Below, piece after piece: positions 1 to 10,098 of a stretch of DNA of 64,000 bases; position 1 is the first letter of the stretch; each line of letters starts with the position of its first letter. Location of the stretch: positions 9,079 through 73,078 of the forward strand of contig CAVIAA010000002.1 in the NCBI GenBank assembly GCA_963640685.1, written 5' to 3'. Made by a program: the position numbers and the translations under genes. The notes below the pieces were generated by a model. That model was not told the origin of the DNA. It saw nothing but the letters and a program-made list of their open reading frames with translations, and made no database searches. Source of the stretch: Acutalibacteraceae bacterium. Its GTDB lineage: Bacteria; Bacillota; Clostridia; Christensenellales; CAG-138.

Positions 1-16
1 TGGGGTGATCAAAAGC

Positions 17-1594
17 ATGTACGAATACGTTATAAAAAACGCCAGAATAATCGACGGGAGCGGCCGGCCAGCTTTTAGCGGCAGCGTTGCGATAGAAAAC
101 GGGCGCATAGCCAAGGTCGGGTCGGAGCTCGCCGCGGCAGCGGTAATAGACGCCGAGGGCAGGACGCTTACGCCGGGCTTTATAGACATACACCGCCACG
201 GCGACGCGGCGGCGTTTCGCCGCGGCTTTGGCAGGCTGGAGCTTAGCCAGGGGCTGACGACGATAGTCAACGGCAACTGCGGCATGAGCGCCGCGCCTGT
301 GGACAGGGGCAATAAGGGGCTGCTGAATTATTTGCGCCCCGTGCTCGGCGATATACCGCCGGAGGCAGATACGGATACTATGGCGGCGTACCTTGGCTCA
401 CTCGGCAAAAGGCAGCTGCCGCTGAACGTTGGCACGCTGTCCGGCTGCGGCGTGATATGGTCGTCAGTTCTTTCGGGCGAGCATCCCTCGGATGAGGAAA
501 TAAAGCGCTTTAACAGGCTGCTGGAAAGGGAGCTCGGCTTTGGCGCGCTCGGCGTGTCTCTTGGCCTTGGCTATGCGCCGGAGTGCTTTTTGACAACGAG
601 GGAGCTTATACGCGGGCTTGCGCCGCTCAAAAACAGCAGCATACCCATAACGTTTCATATGCGGCAGGAGGGGGACGGCGTCTGCGATGCAGTCCGCGAG
701 GTTATCGAGATAGGCGAAGCACTGAACGCGCACGTTCATATAAGCCACCTGAAGACGATGGGCAGGAGAAACTGGGGCAGGAGGATACCCGAGGCGCTGG
801 GGCTCATGGCCGCGGCTAGGGAACGGGGACTAAATATAGGCTGCGATGTTTACCCGTATACGGCAGGCTCCACGCAGCTTATGCATATACTGCCGCCGGA
901 GTTTATCGAGGGCGGAGTCGGCGAGCTTATCCGCAGGCTTAAAAGCACAGATGAACGGAAAAAGCTGCGGGAGCTTATAGAGACCGGCTGCGACGGCTTT
1001 GACAATATTGCCGGCATGGTCGGCTGGGACAATATAATAATGTCCACCGTGAGCACGGAGCAAAACAAGCGCTTTGAGGGGATGACGGTAGAGGCTGCAG
1101 CTGTTGAGCGGGGAGAGGACCCCTTGGATTGCGTCTGCGATATGCTCATGGAGGAGAACGGCGCCATAACCATGATAGACTTTATCACCTGCGAGGAAGA
1201 TATAGCCCGCATACTTAACAGCGGCTTTGCAAGCGTGATATCAGATTCGATATACCCTGCATCCGGCAGGCCGCACCCAAGGCTTTACGGCACATATGCG
1301 AGGATAATACAGCGCTTTGTGCTGCAAAGAAAGGATATATCGCTTGAGGCGGCGGTTCGGGCAATGACGTCGCTTCCGGCAGGGGTCATGGGGCTTCCTA
1401 ATAAGGGGCTTATAGCCGAGGGCATGGATGCGGACATAAATCTGTTTTACCCGGAAAGGATCGCGGAGACCGGCAGCTACGGCGAACCCGATAAGTATGC
1501 CGAGGGCATGGACTACATGTTCGTGAACGGAAAACCGGCCATTGAGCAGGGAAAAATGGCAGCCAAGGGATCGGGACGGGTAATAATGAGATAG
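17..1594 (+). CDS. N-acyl-D-amino-acid deacylase (D-aminoacylase) family amidohydrolase
   Basis: Track ORF 5..1594. N-terminus MYEYVIKNARIIDGSG...GFIDIHRHGD plus a GNCG motif fit the metal-dependent D-aminoacylase/amidohydrolase fold. ATG at 17 is preferred over GTG at 5, which lies inside a GGGGTGA Shine-Dalgarno-like run. Confidence 0.8.
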   Translation: MYEYVIKNARIIDGSGRPAFSGSVAIENGRIAKVGSELAAAAVIDAEGRTLTPGFIDIHRHGDAAAFRRGFGRLELSQGLTTIVNGNCGMSAAPVDRGNKGLLNYLRPVLGDIPPEADTDTMAAYLGSLGKRQLPLNVGTLSGCGVIWSSVLSGEHPSDEEIKRFNRLLERELGFGALGVSLGLGYAPECFLTTRELIRGLAPLKNSSIPITFHMRQEGDGVCDAVREVIEIGEALNAHVHISHLKTMGRRNWGRRIPEALGLMAAARERGLNIGCDVYPYTAGSTQLMHILPPEFIEGGVGELIRRLKSTDERKKLRELIETGCDGFDNIAGMVGWDNIIMSTVSTEQNKRFEGMTVEAAAVERGEDPLDCVCDMLMEENGAITMIDFITCEEDIARILNSGFASVISDSIYPASGRPHPRLYGTYARIIQRFVLQRKDISLEAAVRAMTSLPAGVMGLPNKGLIAEGMDADINLFYPERIAETGSYGEPDKYAEGMDYMFVNGKPAIEQGKMAAKGSGRVIMR

Positions 1595-1662
1595 ATGCCT
1601 GCCGCGGCGAGCTGCCACATAAAAATATTTTGCGAAAACCTGAATAATTTTTAGGTTTTAGA

Positions 1663-1691
1663 TTGAAATTGCCATTGCGCCGTTATATAAT
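1663..1691 (+). promoter_or_regulatory. Sigma-A type promoter candidate upstream of ygeY
   Basis: TTGAAA (1663-1668), 17-nt spacer, TATAAT (1686-1691), read directly. It lies about 75 nt upstream of the ygeY start. Confidence 0.6.
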
Positions 1692-1767
1692 TATCAATAG
1701 AAAAAGCAGGACGCTCTCACGAGGCGTATATCGGCTAAATACACCACAGACGAATGAAAGGAAAGAC

Positions 1768-3141
1768 ATGATGGACTACGAAGGCGTAAAGAAGGCGGCA
1801 CAGGGCTATATACCCGACATGACCCGATTCCTCAGGGATCTTATTGCCATCCCCAGCGAGAGCTGCGAGGAAGAGGGCGTTGTAAAGCGCACCATAGAGG
1901 AAATGAAAAAGCTCGGCTTCGATAAGGCTGAGATCGACCCGCAGGGCAACGCTCTGGGCTGGATGGGTACTGGCGACAAGATCATAGCCTTTGACGGACA
2001 TATCGACACCGTAGGCATCGGCAACATCGAAAACTGGACGCACGATCCCTATAAGGGATACGAGACCGACGAGATAATCTACGGCCGCGGCGGCTCCGAT
2101 CAGGAGGGCGGCGTGGTATCCGCCGTATACGGCGCAAAGATAATGAAGGATATGGGGCTCATACCCGAGGGATACAAGATACTGGTGGTCGCCTCCGTTC
2201 AGGAGGAGGACTGCGACGGCCTCTGCTGGCAGTACATATACAACGAGGACAAGGTCGTTCCGGAGTTTGTGGTATCCACAGAGCCTACTGACGGCGGCGT
2301 ATACCGCGGCCATCGCGGACGCATGGAGATAAGGGTCGACGTAAAGGGCGTATCCTGCCACGGCTCCGCTCCTGAGCGCGGCGACAACGCCATATACAAG
2401 ATGGCCGACATACTCGAAAACGTTCGCGCACTGAACGAGAACGACGCCAATGAGGGCACCGAGATAAAGGGTCTTGTAAAGATGCTGGATCCCAAATACA
2501 ACCCCGAGCATTGGGAGGATGCCCGCTTCCTTGGCCGCGGCAGCATCACCGCATCCCAGATTTTCTATACCTCTCCCTCCCGCTGCGCCGTTGCGGATTC
2601 CTGCGCAGTGTCGCTTGACCGCCGCATGACCGCGGGCGAAACCTGGGATTCCTGCCTTGAGGAGATACGCAACCTGCCCGCCTGCAAGAAGTACGAGAAG
2701 GATGTCAAGGTCTCCATGTATATGTATGACCGTCCCGCTTGGACAGGGCTGGTATATGAGACCGAGTGCTACTTCCCAACTTGGATAAATAAGGAAACTG
2801 CAGCGCATGTTCAGGCCGTTGCGGATGCACACAAGGCGCTCTTTGGCGATGAGCGCATAGGCGCGCCATCCGCTATGGATAAGCGTCACCGCCCGCTGAT
2901 AGACAAATGGACCTTCTCCACAAACGGCGTATCCATACAGGGTCGCTACGGCATACCCTGTGTAGGCTTCGGCCCCGGCGCGGAGAGTCAGGCTCATGCC
3001 CCGAACGAGATCACCTGGAAGCAGGATCTTGCGACCTGCGCCGCGGTGTATGCCCTCACTCCCTCGATGTACAAGAGCGAGAACAAGACCGATGACGTTT
3101 GCCAGTTCCGCGCAGGCAAGACCAACAACAATATTCGCTAA
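1768..3141 (+). CDS. ygeY: YgeY-family M20 peptidase/hydrolase (selenium-metabolism-linked hydrolase family)
   Basis: [38 protein letters not shown]..., the GHIDTV motif and the M20 dimerisation region resemble YgeY. Start at ATG 1768 follows GAAAGGAAAG; the longer track ORF from 1663 overlaps the promoter. Confidence 0.85.
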   Translation: MMDYEGVKKAAQGYIPDMTRFLRDLIAIPSESCEEEGVVKRTIEEMKKLGFDKAEIDPQGNALGWMGTGDKIIAFDGHIDTVGIGNIENWTHDPYKGYETDEIIYGRGGSDQEGGVVSAVYGAKIMKDMGLIPEGYKILVVASVQEEDCDGLCWQYIYNEDKVVPEFVVSTEPTDGGVYRGHRGRMEIRVDVKGVSCHGSAPERGDNAIYKMADILENVRALNENDANEGTEIKGLVKMLDPKYNPEHWEDARFLGRGSITASQIFYTSPSRCAVADSCAVSLDRRMTAGETWDSCLEEIRNLPACKKYEKDVKVSMYMYDRPAWTGLVYETECYFPTWINKETAAHVQAVADAHKALFGDERIGAPSAMDKRHRPLIDKWTFSTNGVSIQGRYGIPCVGFGPGAESQAHAPNEITWKQDLATCAAVYALTPSMYKSENKTDDVCQFRAGKTNNNIR

Positions 3142-3178
3142 GCCAAAATTTATTTAAAATATCACATGGAGGAAAAAG

Positions 3179-4375
3179 ATGAGCAACGTTAAGCAGTTTA
3201 CCGACAAGCTGGAAAAGCTGAACTACGAGAATATGTACAATGGTGACTTCTTCCTTACCTGGGAGAAGACGGACGATGAGATCCAGGCCGTATACGAGGT
3301 GGCCGACGCCCTCAGGCGCCTTCGCGAGAACAACGTTTCCACCAAAATATTTGACAGCGGCCTCGGAATAAGCCTGTTCAGGGACAATTCCACCCGTACC
3401 CGCTTCTCATTTGCTTCTGCCTGCAACCTGCTGGGTCTCGAGGTTCAGGATCTGGACGAGGGCAAGAGCCAGATAGCCCACGGCGAGACGGTTCGCGAGA
3501 CCGCGAACATGATCTCCTTCATGGCGGACGTTATCGGTATTCGCGACGATATGTACATCGGCAAGGGCAACACCTACATGCACAGCGTTGTCGATGCCGT
3601 AACTCAGGGCAACAAGGACGGCGTGCTTGAGCAGAAGCCAACCCTCGTAAACCTCCAGTGCGACATAGACCATCCCACTCAGATACTTGCGGACAGCCTC
3701 CATGTGATACATGAGTTGGGCGGCATAGAGAACCTCAAGGGCAAGAAGCTGGCCATGACCTGGGCATATTCCCCCAGCTACGGCAAACCCCTCTCCGTGC
3801 CTCAGGGCGCGATAGGCCTCTTTACCCGTCTCGGCATGGACGTTACCCTTGCTTACCCCGAGGGCTACGAGGTAATGGACGATGTAGTTGAGGTTGCCAA
3901 GAAGAACGCCGAGAAAGCCGGCAGCAAGTTCGAGATAACCAACGACATGAAGGAAGCCTTTAAGGATGCGGATGTCGTATACCCCAAGAGCTGGGCTCCC
4001 TTCAAGGCGATGGAGGAGCGCACCGAGCTTTACGGCAATGGCGATATGGACGGCATAAAGGCTCTTGAAAAGAGGCTGCTTGCGCAGAACGCCGAGCACA
4101 AGGACTGGGAATGCACCGAGGAAATGATGTCCCTGACCAAGGACGGCAAGGCGCTGTATCTGCACTGCCTGCCTGCCGATATCACCGATGTATCCTGCGA
4201 GCACGGCGAGGTAGCCGCTACGGTATTCGATCGCTATCGCGATCCGCTGTATAAGGAAGCCTCCTTCAAGCCCTATATCATCGCCGCTATGATATTCCTT
4301 GCAAAGGTAAAGAATCCCGTAGCCAAGCTGAAGGAGCTTGAGAACGCCGCCAAGAAGCGCCAGAACGTAGACTAA
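3179..4375 (+). CDS. ygeW: Knotted carbamoyltransferase YgeW
   Basis: 398 aa with the carbamoyl-phosphate motif SLFRDNSTRTRFSF and an HCLP motif (LYLHCLPA). The N-terminus FLTWEKTDDEI is typical of YgeW rather than OTC/ATC. RBS GGAGGA lies upstream. Confidence 0.85.
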   Translation: MSNVKQFTDKLEKLNYENMYNGDFFLTWEKTDDEIQAVYEVADALRRLRENNVSTKIFDSGLGISLFRDNSTRTRFSFASACNLLGLEVQDLDEGKSQIAHGETVRETANMISFMADVIGIRDDMYIGKGNTYMHSVVDAVTQGNKDGVLEQKPTLVNLQCDIDHPTQILADSLHVIHELGGIENLKGKKLAMTWAYSPSYGKPLSVPQGAIGLFTRLGMDVTLAYPEGYEVMDDVVEVAKKNAEKAGSKFEITNDMKEAFKDADVVYPKSWAPFKAMEERTELYGNGDMDGIKALEKRLLAQNAEHKDWECTEEMMSLTKDGKALYLHCLPADITDVSCEHGEVAATVFDRYRDPLYKEASFKPYIIAAMIFLAKVKNPVAKLKELENAAKKRQNVD

Positions 4376-4392
4376 ATATACTTGCTGATACA

Positions 4393-4428
4393 AAAGCGCG
4401 GGGAGCCGAGTGCCCACCCGCGCTTTTA
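4393..4428 (+). terminator. Rho-independent terminator after ygeW
   Basis: GCGCGGG (4396-4402) pairs with CCCGCGC (4417-4423), followed by TTTT. Confidence 0.7.
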
Positions 4429-4597
4429 GCTTGGCAATAATGCGTTAACGCCGAGACGTATGAAGGATATGCAGCTCTCAGATGAACGTTTGCGTTTTTG
4501 CTTCAAATCCTGTAAAATAATACAAATACACCAGACGCGAAAATGATCCGCGCGGGAGCGGCGCGAGGCTGATGTTCTATGGGAGGTGCAAGCTATT

Positions 4598-5152
4598 ATG
4601 TCACAGGTAACAAAGCGGGCGCTGGAGCAGTCGCTGAAGAATCTGCTGCTGAAAAAGCCGCTGACCAAAATTACCATAAATGACATCGCTGACGACTGCG
4701 GCATAAACCGCATGACCTTCTATTACCATTTCAAGGACATTTATGATCTGGTCGAATGGTCCTGTCTTGAAGATGCCAGAAAGGCGCTCGATGAAAAAAA
4801 GACCTGCGAAACGTGGCAGCAGGGGCTTTTGCAGATATTTGAAGCCGTGCAGGAGAACAAGCCGTTTATTCTGAACGTTTACCGCTGCGTTCATAAAGAG
4901 CAGGTCGAAAAATACCTGCAGCCGCTCGTCGATAGGCTTTTACTGGACGTCATCAACGAGGAAGCCGGCAAAATGAATGTTAGGGACGAGGACAAGCAGT
5001 TCATCGCACAGATTTATTCGTACATATTTATCGGGCTTATGTTGGACTGGATAAAGGACGATATGCGGGAGGATCCGCAGCAGATAGTGGACAGGCTTGC
5101 AAAGCTCATCAAGGGCTCTATGTCAGCGGCGCTCTCACGGTTCAAATTCTGA
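4598..5152 (+). CDS. TetR/AcrR family transcriptional regulator
   Basis: N-terminal HTH LTKITINDIADDCGINRMTFYYHFKDIYDLVEW is typical of the TetR (DhaS-like) family. ATG at 4598 follows GGGAGGTG. Confidence 0.85.
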   Translation: MSQVTKRALEQSLKNLLLKKPLTKITINDIADDCGINRMTFYYHFKDIYDLVEWSCLEDARKALDEKKTCETWQQGLLQIFEAVQENKPFILNVYRCVHKEQVEKYLQPLVDRLLLDVINEEAGKMNVRDEDKQFIAQIYSYIFIGLMLDWIKDDMREDPQQIVDRLAKLIKGSMSAALSRFKF

Positions 5153-5310
5153 TTTTATCATTCCGGCAGATTTGATAAAAATTTATACGCTTTTAGGCTC
5201 CGTGATAAGTCTTTTATCACGGGGCTTTGTGTGTTTATTGCGGGTCGAGCGGTAAACGCTATAATAAAAACATCAAGAGAAAATTACAAGAACAACAGGA
5301 GGTTTTTGTT

Positions 5311-7104
5311 ATGTATTATTCCGCTGGCACTTACGAATCCTTTGCCCACCCCGAAAAGCCGAAGGATGTCGATAAAAAATCGGCTTACATCATCGGCACC
5401 GGTCTTGCCGGCCTGACCGCCGCCTTCTATCTTGTCCGCGACGGACAGATGAAGGGCGAACATATACACCTGCTTGAAAAGCTGGAGCTGGCAGGCGGCA
5501 GCTGCGACGGCCGAAAGGATATCACCAAGGGCTTCTTTATGAGAGGCGGACGCGAGATGGACAACCATTTCGAGGTCATGTGGGATACCTTCCGCGACGT
5601 TCCCTCAATCGAGACCCCGGGCGTTTCCGTGCTGGATGAGTATTATTGGCTCAACAAGCACGACCCCAATTATTCTCTGTGCCGTGCGAGCGTGAACTGC
5701 GGCGAGGACGCCCATACCGATAAGCAGTTTAAGCTGGACAAGGATTCTGCAATGGCACTCTCAAAGCTGTTCCTGACCCCGGAAAAGGATCTTGAGGACA
5801 AAAAGATTTCCGATGTACTGCCGGAGTCCTTCTGGAGCACGAACTTCTGGCTTTACTGGCAGACCATGTTCGCTTTTCAGCGTTGGTCCAGCGCTCTGGA
5901 AATGAAGCGCTATCTCTGCCGCTATGTTCATCACATCGATGGTCTGCCGGATTTCAGCGCGCTGCGCTTCACCAAATATAACCAGTATGAGAGCATGATA
6001 CTCCCGCTGGTGAAATATCTGGAGGCTCATGGCGTGCGCATAGAGTACGGCATGGATGTCAAGAATGTCGTCATCAAGACCGAGGGCGACAAGAAGACTG
6101 CCAAGCAGATAGTCTATATAAAGGATGGCCAGGAGCAGACTATCGACCTTATCGAGGACGACCTGGTGTTCATCACAAACGGCTGCTGCACCGATACATC
6201 CTGCTACGGCGATCAGACGCATGCTCCAGACCTGTCAGGCGTAAAGAACGGCCGCGGCGAGTCGTGGGATATGTGGAAGGCCATCGCCGCTCAGGCGGAG
6301 CACGGCGAGTACGGCGATCCGGATAACTTCTGCTCCGATGTGGATGCCACCAACTGGATGAGCGCAACCGTGGCTACTTCAAACGAGGAGATAATCCAGT
6401 ATATTATGAATGTCTGCAAGCGTGATCCTCGCTCCGGCAAGGTAACGACCGGCGGCATAGTCACCGTCAAGGACAGCGTTGACAACTGGTATCTCTCTTG
6501 GACTATCAACCGTCAGCCTCAGTTCAAGTCGCAGGACAAGAACATGGTTCTCGTGTGGCTGTATTCGCTGAATACCAACAGGGAAGGCAACTATGTTAAG
6601 AAGGCCATGAGGGATTGCACAGGCGAGGAGGTCTGCCGTGAGTGGCTGTATCACATCGGCGTGCCGACCGACAGGATCGATGCTCTATCGCACGATGCCT
6701 GCAATACCACGACCTGCTTCATGCCGTATATCAACGCCTTCTTCCAGCCCCGCAAGGAATCCGATAGACCCAAGGTCGTGCCTGATGGTGCCGTAAACTT
6801 TGCCTTCATCGGTCAGTTTGCCGAGACTCCGCGCGATACCATATTTACCACCGAGTATTCCATGCGCACCGGCATGGAGTCGGTCTACACTCTGCTGAAC
6901 ATCGACCGCGGTGTGCCGGAGGTCTGGGGCAGCAAGTACGATGTGAGGGAGCTGCTGCGCGCCTGCTATTATGCCATCGACAAGAAGCCGATAAGTGAGG
7001 TCAAGCTCTCCTTTGCCGAAAAAGAGATGCTTAAGGTCGTTTTGAGGAAGGTAAAGGGCACGGATATCGAGATACTGCTGAAGGAAAGCGGACTTATCGA
7101 GTAA
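5311..7104 (+). CDS. ohyA: Oleate hydratase (MCRA family, FAD-dependent)
   Basis: MYYSAGTYESFAHPEKP...AYIIGTGLAGLTAAFYLVRDG (FAD GxGxxG) and the full-length MCRA-like sequence. ATG at 5311 is preceded by AGGAGG (5297-5302). Confidence 0.9.
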   Translation: MYYSAGTYESFAHPEKPKDVDKKSAYIIGTGLAGLTAAFYLVRDGQMKGEHIHLLEKLELAGGSCDGRKDITKGFFMRGGREMDNHFEVMWDTFRDVPSIETPGVSVLDEYYWLNKHDPNYSLCRASVNCGEDAHTDKQFKLDKDSAMALSKLFLTPEKDLEDKKISDVLPESFWSTNFWLYWQTMFAFQRWSSALEMKRYLCRYVHHIDGLPDFSALRFTKYNQYESMILPLVKYLEAHGVRIEYGMDVKNVVIKTEGDKKTAKQIVYIKDGQEQTIDLIEDDLVFITNGCCTDTSCYGDQTHAPDLSGVKNGRGESWDMWKAIAAQAEHGEYGDPDNFCSDVDATNWMSATVATSNEEIIQYIMNVCKRDPRSGKVTTGGIVTVKDSVDNWYLSWTINRQPQFKSQDKNMVLVWLYSLNTNREGNYVKKAMRDCTGEEVCREWLYHIGVPTDRIDALSHDACNTTTCFMPYINAFFQPRKESDRPKVVPDGAVNFAFIGQFAETPRDTIFTTEYSMRTGMESVYTLLNIDRGVPEVWGSKYDVRELLRACYYAIDKKPISEVKLSFAEKEMLKVVLRKVKGTDIEILLKESGLIE

Positions 7105-7131
7105 AAAATAAAAATTCAAATTCAGGATACG

Positions 7132-7172
7132 GATGCCGGTTCACAAGTTGTGCCGGCATCTGTTGTTATTTT
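7132..7172 (+). terminator. Rho-independent terminator after ohyA
   Basis: GATGCCGG (7132-7139) pairs with CCGGCATC (7153-7160), followed by a T-rich tract TGTTGTTATTTT. Confidence 0.6.
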
Positions 7173-7291
7173 CCAACAGGAAAAATCACCGCAAGGGCAA
7201 ATTCCGGGCAAAACAATAAATCCGAATAACCCTTTGTGTTTTTTTGCGCTCATTTGGGAACAATAAGGCAAAAAAGGAGCGTGATATACAA

Positions 7292-7843
7292 ATGAACCTG
7301 AACGGTAAGGGATATTATGCGGCTGCGGCAGCCGGGCTCGTTGTGCTTGCGGCGGGGCTGGGCTTCGGCTGCTTTACGGGAGATGGCTCGAACAGCAGAG
7401 AGAACCGAGCCGCAGAGGCGACAGAGCCGGAGGAGATGGCTGCCGCGGCTGAGGAAAGGTTCGGCGTGACGACGGTAAACATATTCTCATGCGGTCACAC
7501 GATAGAACAATATGAGGGCGAAAACGTGACAGCCGGCGAAGCCGAGGGAGAGATGAACAAATACGGCGGATACGATTATGAGCTCAAGGACGGCAGGATG
7601 ACTCTTTACCGTGAGCTTGACTACTGCTGCCCGGAGCACTACTTTACCGGGGAAAAGGACGGGAAGATAGCGGTATTCAAGACGAATGGCAATGGCTTCG
7701 AAAAAAACGAGGTCTGCCTGCTGAATGTGCCGGCAAGCGGGGAATATTCGGAGCTGGCACAGGGGATGAGCTTCAGCTCGCTGGAGGAGATAAACCTGTA
7801 CATTGAGGGAATAGAGGGCTGCTGGGGGGAAGCAGAGGAATAA
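7292..7843 (+). CDS. Membrane-anchored protein, BofC-like C-terminal domain (putative sporulation checkpoint protein)
   Basis: N-terminal TM/signal anchor YYAAAAAGLVVLAAGLGFGCF. The C-terminal CCPEHYFTGEKDGKIAVFK motif resembles clostridial BofC-domain proteins. Its position directly upstream of the ruv genes mirrors bofC-ruvA in Bacillus subtilis. Identification is tentative. Confidence 0.45.
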   Translation: MNLNGKGYYAAAAAGLVVLAAGLGFGCFTGDGSNSRENRAAEATEPEEMAAAAEERFGVTTVNIFSCGHTIEQYEGENVTAGEAEGEMNKYGGYDYELKDGRMTLYRELDYCCPEHYFTGEKDGKIAVFKTNGNGFEKNEVCLLNVPASGEYSELAQGMSFSSLEEINLYIEGIEGCWGEAEE

Positions 7844-7844
7844 G

Positions 7845-7873
7845 TTGTTAAAATCTGCCGCGCATGGTACAAT
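7845..7873 (+). promoter_or_regulatory. Sigma-A type promoter candidate for ruvCAB
   Basis: TTGTTA (7845-7850), 17-nt spacer, TACAAT (7868-7873). Confidence 0.55.
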
Positions 7874-7897
7874 ATACAACGATATATTGTATGTACG

Positions 7898-8410
7898 ATG
7901 GAGCGGCGGATTTTGATTATTTTGGGAATAGACCCGGGCTATGCGATACTGGGCTACGGCGTGCTGGAGGCGGACGGGCGGAAGCTGCGGCCGATAGACT
8001 ATGGCGTGGTAGAAACCAAGGTGAGGACGCCGTTTCCGCAGAGGCTGGATGTGCTGTATTCCGGCGTAAGGCAGCTGCTGGAGCTGCATAAGCCGGACTG
8101 TGCCGTGTTTGAGGAGCTGTTTTTCTACCATAACGCGACCACCGCAATACAGGTCGGCGCTGGCAGAGGGATCGCGATGCTGGCAGCACAGCAGGGCGGC
8201 ATACCGCTGTACGAATATACGCCTATGCAGATAAAGCTGGCGGTCACCGGCAACGGACATGCGGATAAAAAGCAGGTTCAGCAGATGGTAAAACTGCTGC
8301 TCGGCCTGAATAGCATACCTAAGCCGGACGATGCGGCGGATGCGCTGGGCGCAGCCATATGCCACGCGAACACAGCGGGTTTTTCGCGGGCTGAGTTTTT
8401 GATAAAGTAG
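7898..8410 (+). CDS. ruvC: Crossover junction endodeoxyribonuclease RuvC
   Basis: ILGIDPGYAILGYGVLE N-terminus and RNase H-like fold; adjacent to ruvA/ruvB. Confidence 0.9.
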   Translation: MERRILIILGIDPGYAILGYGVLEADGRKLRPIDYGVVETKVRTPFPQRLDVLYSGVRQLLELHKPDCAVFEELFFYHNATTAIQVGAGRGIAMLAAQQGGIPLYEYTPMQIKLAVTGNGHADKKQVQQMVKLLLGLNSIPKPDDAADALGAAICHANTAGFSRAEFLIK

Positions 8411-8434
8411 AGGCTATGGCAGGGGAAAAGAAAT

Positions 8435-9034
8435 ATGTACGCATACATAAAGGGCATAGTTGCCGAAAAAGGCATAGACAGGGCGGTGATAGAGGCTGCA
8501 GGGGTCGGCTATGAGCTTCTCTGCCCGGACAGCACGCTAAGGGAGATTGCAGCCGGCAGGGAGGCAAAGCTCTTTACGCACTTTAACGTTTCGCAGGACG
8601 GCGTAGCGCTCTACGGCTTTTATACGCCGGAGGAGCGGGCGATGTTCCGCAGGCTGATAGCCGTAAACCGCGTAGGACCCAAGCTGGCGCTCGGCATACT
8701 GAGCAGGCTCAGCCCGAACGACATAGCGATGGCCATAGTAACGGAGAACGCCGCGGCTTTCGATAAAATACCCGGCCTCGGCAAAAAGACCGCCGCAAGG
8801 CTGCTGCTGGAGCTGAAGGAGAAGGTATCCGAGAGCGACATGGTATCCGCCGGGCGGGGGGCGATTACCGCGGGCAACACCGATATGCGCGCGGAGGCAA
8901 TAGCCGCCCTGGTCGCCCTTGGCTATGACGGGGTGAGCGCCGGGCGCGCGGTCGCCGCCGTAGGCGAGTGCGGCAGGGTCGAGGATATGATAACCGGCGC
9001 GCTGAGGGAGATGGCAAAAAGGAGCGGCATTTAA
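8435..9034 (+). CDS. ruvA: Holliday junction branch migration complex subunit RuvA
   Basis: MYAYIKGIVAEK...GVGYELLC and the HhH region IPGLGKKTAARLLLELK. Confidence 0.95.
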   Translation: MYAYIKGIVAEKGIDRAVIEAAGVGYELLCPDSTLREIAAGREAKLFTHFNVSQDGVALYGFYTPEERAMFRRLIAVNRVGPKLALGILSRLSPNDIAMAIVTENAAAFDKIPGLGKKTAARLLLELKEKVSESDMVSAGRGAITAGNTDMRAEAIAALVALGYDGVSAGRAVAAVGECGRVEDMITGALREMAKRSGI

Positions 9035-10060
9035 ATGGACGAAAGACTTATAACCTCCTCTATGACGTTGGAGGACGAGCAGATAGAGTACAGTCTGCGC
9101 CCGCGCTTTTTGAATGAGTACATAGGCCAGACCAACGTAAAGGAGCATATGCGCATATACATAGAAGCGGCAAAGCACAGAGGAGAACCGCTGGATCATG
9201 CGCTGTTCTACGGCCCGCCGGGCCTTGGCAAAACGACCCTCGCTGCAATAGTTGCAAACGAGATGGGCGGCAACCTCAGGGTGACCTCCGGCCCCGCAAT
9301 ATCGCACGCCGGGGATCTTGCGGCGATAATAACCAACCTTGCTCCCGGGGACGTGCTGTTCATAGACGAGATACACAGACTCAACGCCAGCGTTGAGGAG
9401 GTGCTGTATCCGGCTATGGAGGATTACGCGATAGATATAATAATCGGCAAGGGACCCTCTGCCCATTCGGTGCGGATAGACCTTCCGAAGTTCACACTGA
9501 TAGGGGCGACGACGCGAATGGGGCTGCTTACCTCGCCGCTGAGGGACAGGTTCGGCATAAAGGAGCAGCTTGAGCTGTATGGCCCGGAGGATCTTAGGGA
9601 AATAATACAGCGCAGCGCGGATATACTTAACGTTAGGATAGACGACGACGGAGCGCTGGAGATAGCCTCCCGTTCAAGGGGAACACCGCGAATAGTCAAC
9701 CGGCTGCTGAAGCGGGTCAGGGATTACGCACAGGTGCGCGGAAACGGCGAAATAGACCTTGAAACGGCACGAGCCGGGCTGGATATGCTCTCGATAGACG
9801 AGGTGGGGCTGGATGCAGTGGACAGGCGTATGCTGACCACGATGATAGAGAAGTTCGGCGGGAGGCCGGTCGGGCTGGATACCATAGCCGCGGCGACCGG
9901 AGATGATGCAACCACGATAGAGGATGTATACGAGCCGTACCTGATACAGCTTGGGTTTATCGCAAGGACGCCGAGGGGCCGCGTGGTAATGCCGAGAGGG
10001 TATCAGCATATGGGCTACGCACCGCCTGCGGAGAGCGGGCAGCAGAAGATGAGCTTTTAA
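9035..10060 (+). CDS. ruvB: Holliday junction DNA helicase RuvB
   Basis: [12 protein letters not shown], Walker [12 protein letters not shown], Walker [10 protein letters not shown]. The start abuts the ruvA stop. Confidence 0.97.
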   Translation: MDERLITSSMTLEDEQIEYSLRPRFLNEYIGQTNVKEHMRIYIEAAKHRGEPLDHALFYGPPGLGKTTLAAIVANEMGGNLRVTSGPAISHAGDLAAIITNLAPGDVLFIDEIHRLNASVEEVLYPAMEDYAIDIIIGKGPSAHSVRIDLPKFTLIGATTRMGLLTSPLRDRFGIKEQLELYGPEDLREIIQRSADILNVRIDDDGALEIASRSRGTPRIVNRLLKRVRDYAQVRGNGEIDLETARAGLDMLSIDEVGLDAVDRRMLTTMIEKFGGRPVGLDTIAAATGDDATTIEDVYEPYLIQLGFIARTPRGRVVMPRGYQHMGYAPPAESGQQKMSF

Positions 10061-10098
10061 GACAACAACCTATAAAAATTCTTACGGAGGATCACGGT

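Noticed and set aside
1735-2997. A 420-aa ORF on the minus strand, antisense to ygeY. The same pattern recurs at 3407-4417, 8537-9466, 10057-10959, 17815-18837, 44195-45442, 45189-46160, 47970-48980, 54485-55501 and 57284-58390.
   Set aside because: Each lies entirely inside a well-recognised gene on the opposite strand. Their products are low-complexity and rich in Ala, Arg, Gly and Leu, with no family resemblance. Long open antisense frames are expected in GC-rich coding DNA.
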